A model generated the notes under the pieces. It did no database searches. It was not told the DNA's origin and worked only from the letters and a program-made list of their open reading frames with translations. This document shows positions 40,216 through 55,208 of a stretch of DNA of 64,000 bases, one piece after another. Position numbers and translations under genes: made by a program. Source of the stretch: Bugula neritina (taxonomy: Eukaryota > Animalia > Bryozoa); the NCBI GenBank assembly GCA_964035545.1, contig OZ037765.1:31991504-32055503 (forward strand). Reading direction: 5' to 3'. Numbering within the stretch: the first letter of the stretch is position 1; each line of letters begins with the position of its first letter.

Positions 40216-41944
40216 TGTAAGTCCTACATTTCACGTCTAAACATTCTGAAATCTACAACATCTCTTGCTAGTGAGGAAGACTTTAAACTAACTTGTTCGC
40301 ATGAACCATTTTGGGTTTGACAGTCCAATAAAAAGGGGTTATCACGAAGTTTAATTACAACTCTCAGCATTCATCCTGCTAGTAAAATTTACCCAATCAG
40401 AAACTAGCTTCTTTGTTTTGTTAACAACTTGAGTAACTCGCTGTTTTTCGCAATTTCACGCTTTTATATATATGTGCACATTGCAGGTGCTCAGAGATAG
40501 AAATTAAAGCTGATGCAAATCGGTTTGACCTTTGTCAAAGACATGTATCTAGCCATCCTATTGGCTAAAGTTAACCAGTATTATTAGAATAATTATTTAC
40601 AGTTTAGTCCATCAATTCTCACATGAAGTCTATAATTACTGAACTGTACTGAAAATATTTAGGCCCGCCACCCCACGCAGCGTGTTTAATAGCTTGCATT
40701 CTTTAATACGGAGGTATTGTTATATGCATCCTGCGTATTACTTCAATCTCATGCGACCAATCAAAGCAAAACTTAGTCCACGAAACGATTGCACAAGCCA
40801 TTTTACCAAGGTTTCTGAATATTATTGATCATCAACAAACAATTTTTTTTACGTAAATAAATGTTTTGATTTGCATTTTTTACCATTCAGCAGCTTTATC
40901 TGTTTTAATTATTTATAAAGCATTATTCTTTTTTTACACAATAAAAAGATAATGCCAAAATCAAACACATGCAATTATTTTTCATTTTCATTGTGTAGTA
41001 ACTATTTTTCTCAATAAAACGAATAGATTCACTGCAATGCAGTTGTTTTTTAATTCTATTTCTTTTTTTAAAAAAATCCTAGAACTTATTCTTGTTTCTT
41101 TCAGCGGCAAATTTCTACCTCATGTTGAACAGGATACAAAGCATTGACCATTTACATATATTAACAACTATAATATAAACAAAATACATCACATCACTGC
41201 AAGTTGCCATAAGTTTTGAAGGCAATTATGCAACTTTGTTGTTTTACACATCTTGGTATTATATAAACAAGATACAAATAGCTGCACAGTCAGTGATAGA
41301 ATACATGTTTTAGTAGATAAGTTTTACAAAAAACATTATTTCTTTCAACTAAAAATGTTGTCTCACACTATGATATAGCTTTAATGGTCATTTATATATT
41401 TCATTTAGAAATATATAATATTTGGATTTAATTACTTTTGTAAAACTATCTGTTCAACTGTATATATGTAAATAGATATAACGTACTATAATACGTTCTC
41501 CACATTCCTCTTAAAAGCCCACATTAACTGCATCTACACATATTTTACTGAAAATTAGGCAATCAAACATAATATAATGCCTTATATAGTTTTTTTCCTT
41601 AAAAATTCAAAGATATAAACAATTGTCTGCTCATTCCAAACAACAACTAATTATTGTAAAAATCATGCTGCAGAATTCTTTCTGTTTTTCCTATCACTAA
41701 AAATACTAATAAATGCATAACTTCTTTTGCTCTGATCCCTTTCACCAAGCAAAACAAAGGATGTTAATGATATAGGATGTTGAACATGCATGTGAAAGAG
41801 CTAGGCTATTAATAACTACTTATTAGCTTATAATATAGAATTATTATAATGGCCATTGACAGCTCTGCATGCAAGCATGCATGGCCTGGGTGTATAGGCT
41901 ATAACACTGATGCTAATGTAAGGTTAAAGTTCCACTCTTTGTAT

Positions 41945-42400
41945 TTACAGCTCTATAGTAAAATTTAACCAATCAAATGCTAGCTTTTTTTAGGTTCAGC
42001 TTATATAACTAGTTGTTTTGTATTCCCACAGTTTTGTATATATTTATACATCGCAAGCGTGTGCAAGGATGAAAAATTAAAGCTGATGCAAATCGGTTTG
42101 ACCTGCGTCAAAAACATTTATCTAACCATCCCATTGGATAAAGTTAACCAGTATCATCAGAATAATTATTTACAGTCTAGTCCATCAATTCTCATACTCA
42201 CTAACTGAGTCTTTAATTACCAAACCGTTACAAGAGATACATCAAGGCCCGCCACCCCACCCGTCGTATTTAATAGTAATACATTATAATATGAAGGTAT
42301 TGTTATATGCGGTCTGTGTATTACTTCAGCCGCATGTGACCAATCAAAGTCCACATAACGGTTACACAAGCCATTTTACCAGAATTTCTGAATATTTGTG
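41945..42400 (-). pseudogene. Promoter-only copy 10
   Basis: Core at 42096-42193 plus GC box, TATA and GATTGG; no CDS follows. Confidence 0.8.
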
Positions 42401-42993
42401 TTCATCAGTTCAAATTCTCTTCGTTATCCTAGTATGTAAATAAATGCTTTTATTTATTGTTTACCATTTTGCACTTTTATTTGTTGTAATTATTTAAAAA
42501 AACATTAATATTTGTGTTACATTATAATAGCTAATCATATCACACAAATAAAATAATATCAAAATCAAAAATTTACAACTATCTCTTGGTGGTCATTTTT
42601 CAGTTAGAAAATTATATTCTAATTTAATTATTTTGTAAGACTATATCTGTGCAACTATAAGGATATAATAACTTTACTACATTTCTCTTAAAATCTAAAT
42701 CTCCTATTGAACTGATGACAAGAGTATGGAAACATAGGACTTCAGTTTCTGATTGTTTAAAGTTTTACAGATGCATGTATAGAAATCATCAGCCTGATTC
42801 AATTAACAATTAATTATTTCAGCAAAACATGAAGCAGAATTGTTTCAGATTTTTGTATCACTAAAAGAGTTTTAATGTATTCTTATTTTCTTTTGCTCTG
42901 ATGCTGCTCCCCCCCAGCCCGCCATGCAAAACAAAGAGTGTGAAGAAAAGATTTCAAAGCTATATAATTATGCAAAAGGTTTTCAATAGCCTT

Positions 42994-45900
42994 TGTTGTA
43001 TTCTTGAGTAGAAAGGATAATTTATGTAGATATCATACAATGTAGTATATTTGAATTCCAGAAAAATACAATTAGCTCAGAGAAAACTCACGGTTTATAT
43101 ACAAAAATATTACATAACTTTTTAGTGATAGCCGGTCATAATACAAAATTATAATAAATGCTTCATGGCTATATGGCTATATGCTATATAGCTATATGGC
43201 TATATGGCCATATGGCTATATGGCTATATGGCTTTATGGTATGGTATAATTCTCATAGTCAGGGCTGTAGCAGCATCCGTTGCATATGTAACATCTCCCC
43301 ACTAGCCTTTGATGCATCTATGTATTTTGGCGAGCTGCCAATCTCTTTGACCTTCTAAGATTTTCAGATCCATACTCTCCGCCTGTGGGTAGTCTGGGAT
43401 TTCTCCATGGTTGAGGTGTTTGGTTAGCAGTACTATTGTCATTTGAAACATCAGCCATTTGAACTTCAGATTTCACATCGTCTGCTGGTTCAGAATCTTC
43501 CTCAACTCCGTAGCGTGGTAATAGTTGTTCAATATGACGTCTCCATATTGGTCCTCTTGGTGTGACTTTGACATTTATACTTCTTGGTCCCAATACTTTT
43601 GTGACAATGGCAGGGATCCATCGTGGTTCTCTGTCTCTTCAGGGTCCACAATAGAGTGCATAGCAAGGACTTCCAACTGTATAGGTGTGAACTTTGGATA
43701 CAGTGGATTTCTGGTCTGTAGACTTTTCCACTTCTTTTGATTGTCGTCCTTGGGCTTGGTGTGCTGGTGATGGTAGCAGAACATCAATTTTGCAACGAAT
43801 CTGTCTCCCATTCAGCAGTTCTCTGGGCGAGTATCCTCCTATCAAGGGTGTGCGTCGATAGTGCATCAGGAATTCAGTCAAAGCTAGATTTGGTGGTAAA
43901 TTAGATTTTTGTAGAGCCTGTTTAAATGATTGCACTAGTCTTTCGGCTGCTCCATTTGTGGCAGGGTGATAAGGGGCTCCAGATAGATGAACTATTCCAC
44001 GATCCCGGCACCAGCTTTGAAACTCTTCAGACTTGAATGTGCTTGCATTGTCGGATACAATTGTGTGTGGATATCCAAAGTGTGCAAAGTCTTGTTCTAG
44101 AAGTTCTGTAGTTCTCTTCGAAGATGTTGATGTAGTTGGATGTATGCAGGGATACTTTGAGTATGCATCCACAATTACTAGCCAGTTGCTTCCCAGAAAG
44201 TTGATTGCATGGTCGATGTGAATACGACTCCATGGCTTTTCTGGAATCATCCAAGGATGGAGAGGAGCTTTGGCTGGTTGATTCTGGTGCTCAGCGCAAG
44301 AGCTGCACTGTTTACAAGCATCCATGATGTCTGCGTCTATTCTTGGCCAATAAACAGCAGAACGTGCGAGTTGTTTCATCCGCTGTATGCCAAAGTGTCC
44401 TAGATGAAGAATCTGCAGAACTTGTGGCTGAAGGGTAAGCGGTATTACAACTCTTGAACCGTACAGCAAGCATCCATCTGAGATAGAGAGTGAGCCAGAC
44501 ACCTTCTTGAAACACTGTATGTTGTAAGCTGCACTATGAGTTTGGTCCTCATCTTCTGTGTTTGTCTCTTCTAGTGTTTTAGGCCATCCTTCTCTTGTAT
44601 AGCGAATTACTGTAGACAGAACGGGGTCTTTCAAGGTTTCTTTTAGAAGTACTCCTGGATCTGTTGGCTTCAATTGTTGAGAAATCAGTCGTATCGTGCA
44701 TATCGTGTCCATATCATTGCCATCTTCCTCCTCATCAAACTTGAAGTCTGGGCCAACTGGCAGACGACTAAGTGCATCTGCATTGCCATGTTTGCTGGTC
44801 GTGCGATACTCAATACTATAATCGTATTGACTCAGTTGCAGTGCCCATCTTGCTAGTCTGTTGGCTGCTAAAGCTGGCGTCTTCTTTGTAGGTCCAAATA
44901 GTGCCAATAATGGTCGGTGATCGGTAACCAAGATAAACCGCCGGCCGTAGAGGTATTGATGAAACTTCTTTAGTGCGAACACTATAGCTAGCGCCTCTTT
45001 TTGTATCTGTCCGTATTTCTTCTGAGTTCCAGTTAGTGTCTTTGAAACGTTGAAGATTGGTCTTTCTGATCTATCTGGGTATCGATGAAAAAGAACAGCT
45101 CCTATTCCCACTGATGAGGCATCACAGGAAATCCCGACTTCCAAGGTAGGGTCAAAATGAGCTAGTACTGTGTCCGAGCATAACATCTCTTTAAGTTTCT
45201 GAAAGCTTGACTCTTCTTCAGATCCCCACTTCCAAACAGCGTTCTTTTTAGTCAAATGGTGTAGCGGCTCTGTAACTGTAGATAAATTTGGTAAGAATTT
45301 GCTGTAGAATACTATCGATCCAAGAAATGACTTGAGTGATGATACATCTGTTGGTACCGGCATAGTTTTAACAGCGTCTGCCTTCTCTCCTTTAGCTATG
45401 CCATGGTTAGAGAGGAGATGTCCTAGGTAGTGGATTGCTGGCTTTGCAAATTCACACTTCTCTCTACGACATCTTAGTCCTTTCTCATCTAGGCGTTGTA
45501 GAAGTATTCTGAGGTTGTTTAAGTGTTCCTCTGCTGTTGATCCGCTGACCAGGATATCATCTAGATACACTGCCCCACCTTCTAGGTCGCTAGTGAGTTT
45601 CTCCATGATTTCTTGAAAGTACCCTGGTGCCGAACTAATGCCAAAAGGAAGTCTCATCTGAAGAAGTACTCCTCGATGGGTGTTCAGAGCCAGTCTTCTT
45701 TGACTTTCTGGAGCTAACAGAATCTGGTTGTAGGCATGCGCCAAGTCTATTTTGGTGAATCCATATCCTCCTCTGAGCTTCTGCATCAAGTCTCCTGGTA
45801 AGAGCATTGGTTGACGGTGAGTTTCAAGTTGGCTGTTGATGGACACCGAGTAATCTCCGCACACTCTGAGCTTTCTTTTCTGTTGATCTGGGAGTGCGGC

Positions 45901-47973
45901 TTTCCTGATTGGTACTACTGGTGTGCCATAGTTGTTGAACTGCACAGGTTTCCAGACTCCTCTTCTTATTCCTGCTTCATATTCTTGGACAATATCGTCT
46001 TGCATAGCGAATGGAACTGGTCTGGCTTTGCAGAATACTGGTTTCGAGTCAGGTTTGAATTCAATCTCCAACTCAAAATCTTTGAGACAACCCAGTTCTG
46101 GTTTGAAAAGATCTGGAAATTCTTCACAAACTTGTTCGCAAGCTTTCTGTAATGAGTAGTCAGGTTTAAGATCTTGGAAAACTGTGTTCACTGGATTACT
46201 TGTAGGTGATGATGTACATGGAATCTTCATCTTGTCGTCTATAGATATCTGTAGCCTTTGTATAGCGTCACGTCCTAGAAGATTTAGTTGTGGTATTTCT
46301 GTGACTACGAAGTTCAACATATGTCCACTGGCTTTATCAGGAATGTTGGCAACTCGTTGGAATTATCCCATTACATTAATAGGATGTTTAGATGCTGACT
46401 CGTACTGTGCTTCTGTTGGCTCCAAATTCGGTCGATCAAGTTTCTCCCAAATGTCGGCAGTGATGAAATTTTCACATGCTCCGCTATCCAATTCCATAGT
46501 GAATTCCACACCCTCTATCTGTAACTTCTGTTGTAACTGTGATAGAGATTCAATCCTTCTTACGGTAGAAGTGATAACTTTGACAGGTTGTGATGTTGAT
46601 GTTGATTTCTTCTTAAGTCGGCATGCTGATTCTATGTGACCTAGTTTTTTGCAAAAATTGCATTGAGCACTTTTATATGTGCAAATACTTTGTGAATGTC
46701 TTTTTCCACATCTGTAACAGCTGGTTTTTCGTTGAGTCTCTTCTTTCTTTGTTGAAGAAACGCTGCTAGCATTGTTTGTTGATCTTTTGTCAGTCTGAAC
46801 TTTGTTGACACCTGTAGCCTTAACTCCATGCGCAGTTTCCTTGGCTACTTTTGCTGCATCTTCAGTTTCAATTGCAATTTCCACAGCTCTGGTGAAGGTC
46901 AATTCATCATCTTTAATTTTGAATAACGCTTTTAGAACTGCTTCATTGCTAACAGAACAAATGAATTTTGTCTGCATAGCTTCATCTAGTGGATTGGTGA
47001 TGGAAGCAAAATCACAAGTTGTGGCATCCTGACGAATCCGTGCAGCTAATTCCTGAACAGTCTCGCTTGGTTTACGTCGCATTTCACTCCAAAATTTGAA
47101 TCGCTCTCTTATGATGAACTTCTTTGGGTCGAACTGGTCCTTCATGAATTCTGTTATTTCTGCCATTGTAAGTTCATTGATGTCTTTTGGTGGTGTCATC
47201 TGAGCTGATAAGTTTCCTAGAATCTTATATGTTGCAGCTGACTGAGAGGTTAGGGAGATCTTTGGGTTGCGGTCTTCTGGAATAGCGTGTGCAGCTACAA
47301 AAGTGTTAAACCTAGCCCAGTAGTCCGTCCACAATTCTAATGTCGAATCAAATGCCGGAAAATTAGGTATAGAAACTGTCGGTAATGCTTTAGGTTCATT
47401 TCTCCCTTCCATTAGCATTTGCATTAGTTTTCTATTGTCTTCCTGTGTCTGTTTAAGCATGGCTACTAACTCCGCAACTTCTGCCATTGTGAAAAATTTT
47501 GAAAATTAATTTGTGTTACTCACAAGGCGATTAGAGTGTAGATATTGCTTAGCCTGGTATTGTTCTGAACAGTCCGAGATTCTTCTGCTGTAGGTAGTTC
47601 TATCTGTCAAACTCTGAAGTAAATGTAGAACTCCACTGGTAACTTTGTCCACTCAAAAGAAGAATCCCATCCTCGTCGCCAATTTATCCTGTTGTATTCT
47701 TGAGTAGAAAGGATAATTTATGTAGATATCATACAATGTAGTATATTTGAATTCCAGAAAAATACAATTAGCTCAGAGAAAACTCACTGTTTATATACAA
47801 AAATATTACATAGCTTTTTAGTGATAGCCGGTCATAATACAAAATTATAATAGATGCTTCATGGCTATATGGCTATATGCTATATGGCTATATGGCTATA
47901 TGGCTATATGGCTTTATGGTATGGTATAATTCTCATAGTCAGAGCTGTAGCAGCATCCGTTGCATATGTAACA
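42994..47973 (-). mobile_element. Gypsy/Ty3 LTR retrotransposon (Mag-like), near full length
   Basis: LTRs 47690-47973 (5') and 42994-43293 (3') with TGTT...AACA ends. GCCTT TSD. PBS 47662-47681 complementary to the tRNA-Ser 3' end. PPT AGTGGGGAGA at 43294-43303. Confidence 0.96.
43318..47487 (-). pseudogene. Gag-Pol polyprotein, single frame with two in-frame stops
   Basis: Two CCHC knuckles, protease LDSGA, RT YLDD, RNase H CDAS, integrase HHCC and DDE in Gypsy order. The three ORF pieces share one frame, separated by TAA (46363-46365) and TGA (43639-43641). Confidence 0.93.
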
Positions 47974-48319
47974 GCCTTACACATGAGGACAATAATTATA
48001 ATGACTTCTGACCGCTCTGCATGCAAGCATGCATGGTGTGGGTTAACCTTTTCCAATTGTAGGATAATTTTTGACAGCTTTGTTTTTCCTGTAATTGATG
48101 GGTTGTCATTTTTCTATTCCATTATGCATAATATTTATTATTTATAACTCAAGACAATGTCAAAGCAGTGCTCTGTTAGTGAATAAAGTGATCAATAAGA
48201 GGGTGTCAATACTATACTCTGTGGTGATGAGTTTAAATTATAATAAAAACTTTCAAACCCAGGTTTGTGCAGGCATTACAGTATATTTATCCTGAGTAAT
48301 AATATCATCACTTGTGTTT

Positions 48320-48535
48320 CTATATAGTTTCATATTTGTATTACTATTAAACACCACACATGGGGTAGCGGGCCTAAATATTTCCATAACAGTTTGGCAA
48401 TTGTAAAAAATCTCTGTTGATGAGTAGGAGAATTGATGGACTAGAGTCTAGACTGTAAATAATTATTCTAATAATACCAGTTAACTTTAACCAACAGGAT
48501 GGTTAGATATAAAATCTTTGACGGAGGTCAAATCT
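48320..48535 (+). pseudogene. Promoter fragment, copy 11
   Basis: GC box and core (48428-48532), then a jump directly into 3'-flank-type sequence; the gene body is deleted. Confidence 0.75.
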
Positions 48536-49745
48536 ATTTGAAGTATAAAATATTGAAGCAGAAATCAACTGCATCAACTTTCTTCAAATAGTTAATATCT
48601 GTGGATAACTTGAGTATTTCTTTATTATTAATTTTATTATAATAAATTTGTAAGCATGGGTAAGGGTTTAGCTGAGTGAGAGGCTTTTGTAAAGTAAACA
48701 TTAGATTGGAACAGCTGATATGATGTTATTAAAATTAAAGCTTTTACTTTAGTCTTTATGCGGCTACATCTACTACAGTGAGTATAAGCTGTGACTAACA
48801 TAGTACATGTTGGTTTTTGTACCATTTGACAGTAAGAATTTAGTATTTTCCTGCATGGCCCTTCCTAAGGTTGATCACATTTATAGTAAATGTGTGAGTA
48901 AGTGAATGCCATTGTTACTATGACTACCAGTGCTACATTATTAATTTTCATTGTGATTGCCATCAGCATCATGATTAGATATGGCACTGAAACTCTTGCT
49001 ATGTAATTAGGTTTACATTTTCTTTCTTTTGTGGAAGAATGAAAGCTTTTTCAGGTGCTTTTTAAGCTTATATTAAAAACTTTATACGTCTCAGATGTTG
49101 TATTTTTGTAAATTAAATAAAACAGTAGTTTCCAACATCTGGGTGTCAGTTGATAACAAATATAAATAATAGATATTTAAAAAAAAAGTATAAAGCTCAC
49201 TAAAACACCATGACTGTATACACATCTGTCTATGGTTATGAAAAATTAATATATCTCCTTAAACTAACAGTTTCAAACAATGCATTTTGAATAAATGTGT
49301 CAACAACTAATATATAAGACAACACACAGCACACTCTAAATATTAGATATTTTGGTGTGCAGAGTTACCTTCTCGCAACTTGTAGCTGCATGATGCATAC
49401 ATATATGTATACTGATAGATTTTTACTAACGCAGCATGTTGTTGCAGTTAAAACTTAATTATCATCTGTGATGACATACTCACCATGCGGGTATCAGTGA
49501 TAAATTAATTATATTCAAATTGTGGTGGCAGTCAATTTAATATACACCACTTTATAAGGGCCTAAATGCTTATAGGGAGCGCTACAGTAATTATTGCTTT
49601 AAAATTCTCAAAAAAAATTTATCCAATAATAATATAATTTTAAAAAGAGGTTTATAGAGGTGGGTCATTTTACTTAGTTTAAAGTACACACTGGAAATCT
49701 CCAGTTTTTTGCGATGTTTTACAATTTAGTTGCTAATATTTATAT

Positions 49746-50165
<420 letters not shown>

Positions 50166-51066
50166 TTTCTACCTGTTCCAATAAACAACTAATGATTGTA
50201 ACAAAATATTCATGACTTCTGCTTTTACACTCTCCATTGAGCAAAACAAAAAATGTTAATACTAATAAATATTCATAAGAAAAGGTTTATTAATAAAATT
50301 TATAACCTTATATAAGGAGCATAATTATCATTGACTGCTCCATTGTGTGTGTAGCCTACACGTGATGTTAATGCATCTTATATAAAAATTTCCCTTCTAA
50401 TTATTCTGTCCTTCCAATGTGTAAGGATATTTTTGACAGTTTGGTATTTCTTATAATTCAATTTCATTATGCAGTATATTTATTATCTATAATTCAAAAC
50501 ACCCTTGAAAATGGCTTTCTGGTGGCGAGTAAAATAACCCATCAGAAGATCTCAATACGCACTGTGTGCATGGTGGTGGCCGTGCAAAAGATTAACCTAA
50601 AGGCTTATGCATTTTGTATAGAGTTTACGCATAGTACGTCACGAGTTAGCCACACTGGAAACATTAGCTCATTATTCAATCAGATTTAGCATATACTACT
50701 GTATTGAAATGTATCCAGGATAACTGGTGCAACATAAAAGTTTTACTGAGCTAAGCCACTACTTTACTAGTAAAGATAACTATTTTTAAAAAAAGTTGAT
50801 GCAGTTGATTCATGATAATCTATGTTTTATTATCTTTTGCTATAGTCAAACAAACTTGATTGATTTAATATTTAACAAAAAATTTAATATTATCATTATT
50901 AGGCCAGCGCAATATTTATACAAACTCTAGTTCAACAAAACCCAGGTAAATTGAGATTTAAATGCATGTGTTCGATATGTATTAATAAAATAACAAAATG
51001 AAAATAAATTAACAAAATAGAAATATTGTCTTTGAACTTATTTGATTTTGAAGAGCTATATTAAAA

Positions 51067-51546
51067 CTAAAGATGTCTCAGTAAATCAGTAGAATTTTTA
51101 CACATCTTTTCACATACAGTGCAGGTCAAAGGGTTTACTGTGTCATGGCATAACATGTGTTCTCTAAGTTGAACTGAGTCAGTGAAATAAACTTGGCAAT
51201 ATCTACATGGCCATAGCTGGTTGATGCCGGAGTCATGGAGTTGATGTAGGGCCACAGGCTCAATTGGATGGGCAGCTGTCAGCCTGGAATCACTCTGATG
51301 TAGTGAAGAGCAACTTTTCAATTTATTTTTTGTCCAAAGTAAAGCTGATGTGTCATCATTTGGTGAAATTTTAAAGCATCCTCCATAATATGCTGTCGCC
51401 AAAGGCAAATAAAAATTCAAACCAGTGTTAATGAATTTCTTAATCTGGGCTTGTTTAACTTGATTGTCTTTAATGTTATCAAACTGAACTTTCCTGACTG
51501 ATAAATCTAATGGTTTATTGTCAGCTAAAGACATGTATCTAACCAT
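51067..51546 (-). CDS. Ikaros-like copy 12: PLDLS plus dimerisation-finger half fused to the promoter core (may be a pseudogene)
   Basis: Junction AGATACATGTCTTT/AGCTGACAATAAACCATTAGAT joins the promoter core to mid-CDS. The 159-aa open frame uses ATGs inside the core. Confidence 0.55.
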   Translation of the reverse strand: MVRYMSLADNKPLDLSVRKVQFDNIKDNQVKQAQIKKFINTGLNFYLPLATAYYGGCFKISPNDDTSALLWTKNKLKSCSSLHQSDSRLTAAHPIEPVALHQLHDSGINQLWPCRYCQVYFTDSVQLREHMLCHDTVNPLTCTVCEKMCKNSTDLLRHL

Positions 51547-54500
51547 CCTGTTGGCTAAAGTTAACCAGTATTATTAGAATAATTATTTACAGCCTAGTCG
51601 ATCAATTCTCATACTCACTAACTGAGTCTTTAATTACCAAACCGTTACAAGGGATACATCAAGGCCTGCCACCCCACACGTCGTATTTAATAGTAATACA
51701 TTATAATATGAAGGTATGTTATATGCGGTCCGTGTATTACTTCAGCCGCATGTAACCAATCAAAGCTAAAATTAGTCCACCTATCATTTTCATAAGCTAC
51801 TTTACCAGAGTCTCTGGATACTGCTCATCAACGTACTATTGTCTGAATTCTCTTTGCTATATCCCAATATATGAATAACCGTTTACTTTTTAACATTCAG
51901 CAATTTTATCTGTTTTCACTATATATAAAACATTAATAGTTGTGCTATATAATAACTAGTGATATAACAATAATATAATATATGTAATTATCTTTTGGCT
52001 TTGAATATATTTCAATGTCTTCTATTATAGTGTCTTAAAAGAAATAGATTAACTGATATGTTCCACATTGCAATTATCTTTAAATCTCATCTACTTGTTC
52101 AATAGATTTATCTTAAAACACTTGACACCTATAGCAGCTGTTAGCCTTTATCTTGTTTGAACACTTATCATGTGTTGACCATTATTTGCTGCGCTAACTT
52201 AATATATGTTGCATCAATTCAAATTGCTATTAGCTTTTTGAATAGTTACAACTTTCTTGTTTTATGCATCAAACAAATATAAAAAAGCTGTACAGTCAGT
52301 GATAAAATCTTCTCGTAAATATATTTGCACAAAACATGTTACAGCTTTAAATGAAAGTTTTTTCGCTATTATGTAAGAATTTTGGTGGTCTCTTTTCATT
52401 TAAAAATGTGTATTTTTATTTAGACATTTTCCTAAAACTATCTGTAGTGAACTTTATGCTGCGATACACCATACCTGCAGCATAGTCTTAGCTTTCAAGC
52501 ACAGCCACTTTACAAAGACATGTGTTAGTGGACATGTCATATATTGGATAGCATATAATTGTTTATGTTGTATTTTTTACTCTAAGTTTTTTTATAAGTC
52601 TGTAGTCATTTTAGTGAAGTATTGCTTTGGTGCGATATTGTTTAATTTTGAAGGACAGTATATAATTGAGACACCAATGAAGAACAAACAGGCCTACAAG
52701 CTCCCCATATTATCTTTACACTTGCAATGTTGCAAACAAATATATAATAGTTTCACCACATTTCTCATATAATTATGCATTTACTGCATCTACTGTAAAT
52801 ATAAGAAGTCAAGCATCCTACTTTATTTTCTTCGTTTTTGCAGAAATTTTCATAGATGTAGAAAATATTTTGCCTCTTTCAATAAACAACTAAATATTTT
52901 AGAAAAATATGTAGCAGAAATCTTCCAGTTTTTCTTATCTCTAAAAATATCCAAATATTCATAACTTCTTTTGCTCTGGTACCTCATCAGCAAGCAAAAC
53001 AAAGGATGTGAATAGCTATAGGAAAATGCACATGAAAGAGGCTATTATAATAACTATTTATAGCCTTATATAAGTAATATAATAAGCATTGACTGCTCTG
53101 TCTGGTGTGGGTGTAGTTTATAAGAATATTTCCCTTCTGTTAACCCTTTCCTATCCAACTGTAGGAGGATTTTTGACAGTTTTGTATTTCTTATAATTGA
53201 TGGATTGTCCTTATTCAATTCCATTATGCATAGTATTTATTATTCATAATTCCAAGCAACGTCAAAGCAGTGCTCTGTTAGTGAATAAAGTAATTTATAA
53301 GAGGGTCTCAGCACTGTGTGGTAATGAGTTATCTGGCATATCACAAAAACAACTTTCAAACCCAGGTGGGTGTAGGCGTAGTAAGAGCACTCTGTGTATA
53401 TATTTATCATCAGTCAACCACACTGTAATGCCCTGTTCTATTTTTTCAGGTTTAAAAAGAAATATATCCGAGATCAGTATAACACACCAAGTCCTCATGT
53501 CTTTGAACCTTCCACTGTACCTATGCAAGCTAATATTACTGATTTTAATTGCAATTTGTAGAATTTGAGTTAGTGCAGCACAATTATAGCATATTAGTGC
53601 AGTTCTATTGTTAGAGGTACATTCAAGTATATCATCATCACATTTATAAATGTCATCACTTAAAGCTATTATGCAATTAGATCTCTACCAATCAATGAAC
53701 TCTACCATTTGCCATGTAAACTTTAATGAGACTGAAGCAGAGTAGCATGACCATGACGATATATTCATAGGCTGTGTCGTAAAACTTTTCTCAGATGTCT
53801 TCATAATAATTCAGATGAACTGATTTTCAACTTTTTATGATATAAAATTGTTGGATGGTAGAATACCTCCACGGCTACTAGAATGCGTATATTTGGTACA
53901 TTATGTCAAAATAGAGAAGTGCCAAGTCAAGAGTACTAGTTTTATAGCAGAAACCATTCAGCATAAGACAACTTCAATTTGAAACAAACTAACTGAAATT
54001 ATGGTAAGACTTGAGTTATATAAATTATGCATATTTATCTTATTTTGCAAAAAAATTAATCAATTCTTTTTTATTAGCTGCTTGCAGCTTTGCATTTATT
54101 ATTTTATTTTCTATTTTTATCAATATATTGAACTAAAAAATATGACATCTATGGACTAGCATTCATGCTGTAAATGGACTGTTTTTATTTACAAATAATA
54201 CCATATTAAAAAGACATAGAAATACATTCACTACAAACTAGCTTTTACAAAGAGAGTCAAGCGAATGCCTTCCAGTACCTGCTCTCTATAATAAGCAGTT
54301 TGGAAAAAACCTACACCCCACGTATGAGAAGGTAAAGCATCTGAAAATACATCACTGGGATAGAGTATATGGTTGGATAATGCCTTTTTATCTTTCTATA
54401 TTAAGAATTTTATTTTACTTTTGCACTAAAAGAATCTATTAAAACTAGTATAATATAAAAGTTCTATATTGGGAATAAGAGTTTTACTGGGTTGCTCTTG

Positions 54501-55136
54501 ACTGTTCTAACTTACCAATAAGATCAAAACCTAATTCAGCTCAGGGAATTATTATTTATAGTACTTATTAATATTGACAAATTTTTACCAAGCAATTGGC
54601 CTGTAACTGAATTTTTTAATATTTAAAAGCTTATAAGATTTGTTATTACAACTTTACAGCAACTAAATGTCTCTTCCTACATTCAGATCAGCTAGAGTGT
54701 TACACAAAAAGCCCTTTTTTCTATTGAGTCTAAAATTCTTCATGGTTGAGATAAAAAAAAGTCTATATCCCAAAATTTATCATCAATGTCAGGAGATTTA
54801 TGGGAAGGATGACTCCAAACTTTTTCTGATGGGTATTTAGATGTTTAGTATAATTTTTTTTAAGTTTAGAACATTTCATAATGACAGCCAAGAAATCAAG
54901 AAGTTATTTAGAATTACATGAATAGTAGTAAACAGTAATTAAACAGACATGTAGTAAATAGGATAATCACAAAATTATCTCAAAATGATTTATAATCTTC
55001 ATTGTTTATGTAGCTACACTTTACTGCCAATTTTTCTATATAGATATAAATAATAAGTTATTTTAACTGTTTAATTAATTATCTTAAGGTTTTGGTTAGA
55101 AAATCAAAAGGTTGTAACAAAATGTGATTGCCCAGT

Positions 55137-55208
55137 GGTCCCGTCGTGTAATGGTTAGCACACTTGCTTGCAGGCCAGAAGTTTTGGGTTCGAATCCCAC
55201 TGGGGGCA
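55137..55208 (+). pseudogene. tRNA-like sequence (pseudo-tRNA or SINE head)
   Basis: D arm GTGT-AATGGTTA-GCAC, B box GGTTCGAATCC and a downstream T run. Acceptor and anticodon stems are mismatched and the isotype is unresolved. Confidence 0.6.

Noticed and set aside
46320-46365. Programmed gag-pol readthrough or frameshift
   Set aside because: The stop lies inside the protease region and in the same frame, and a second stop occurs after the integrase core. Nonsense mutations are simpler.
55137-55208. Functional tRNA-Ala or tRNA-Cys gene
   Set aside because: The acceptor stem has a G-G mismatch, and the anticodon arm cannot form a canonical 5-bp stem with a 7-nt loop.
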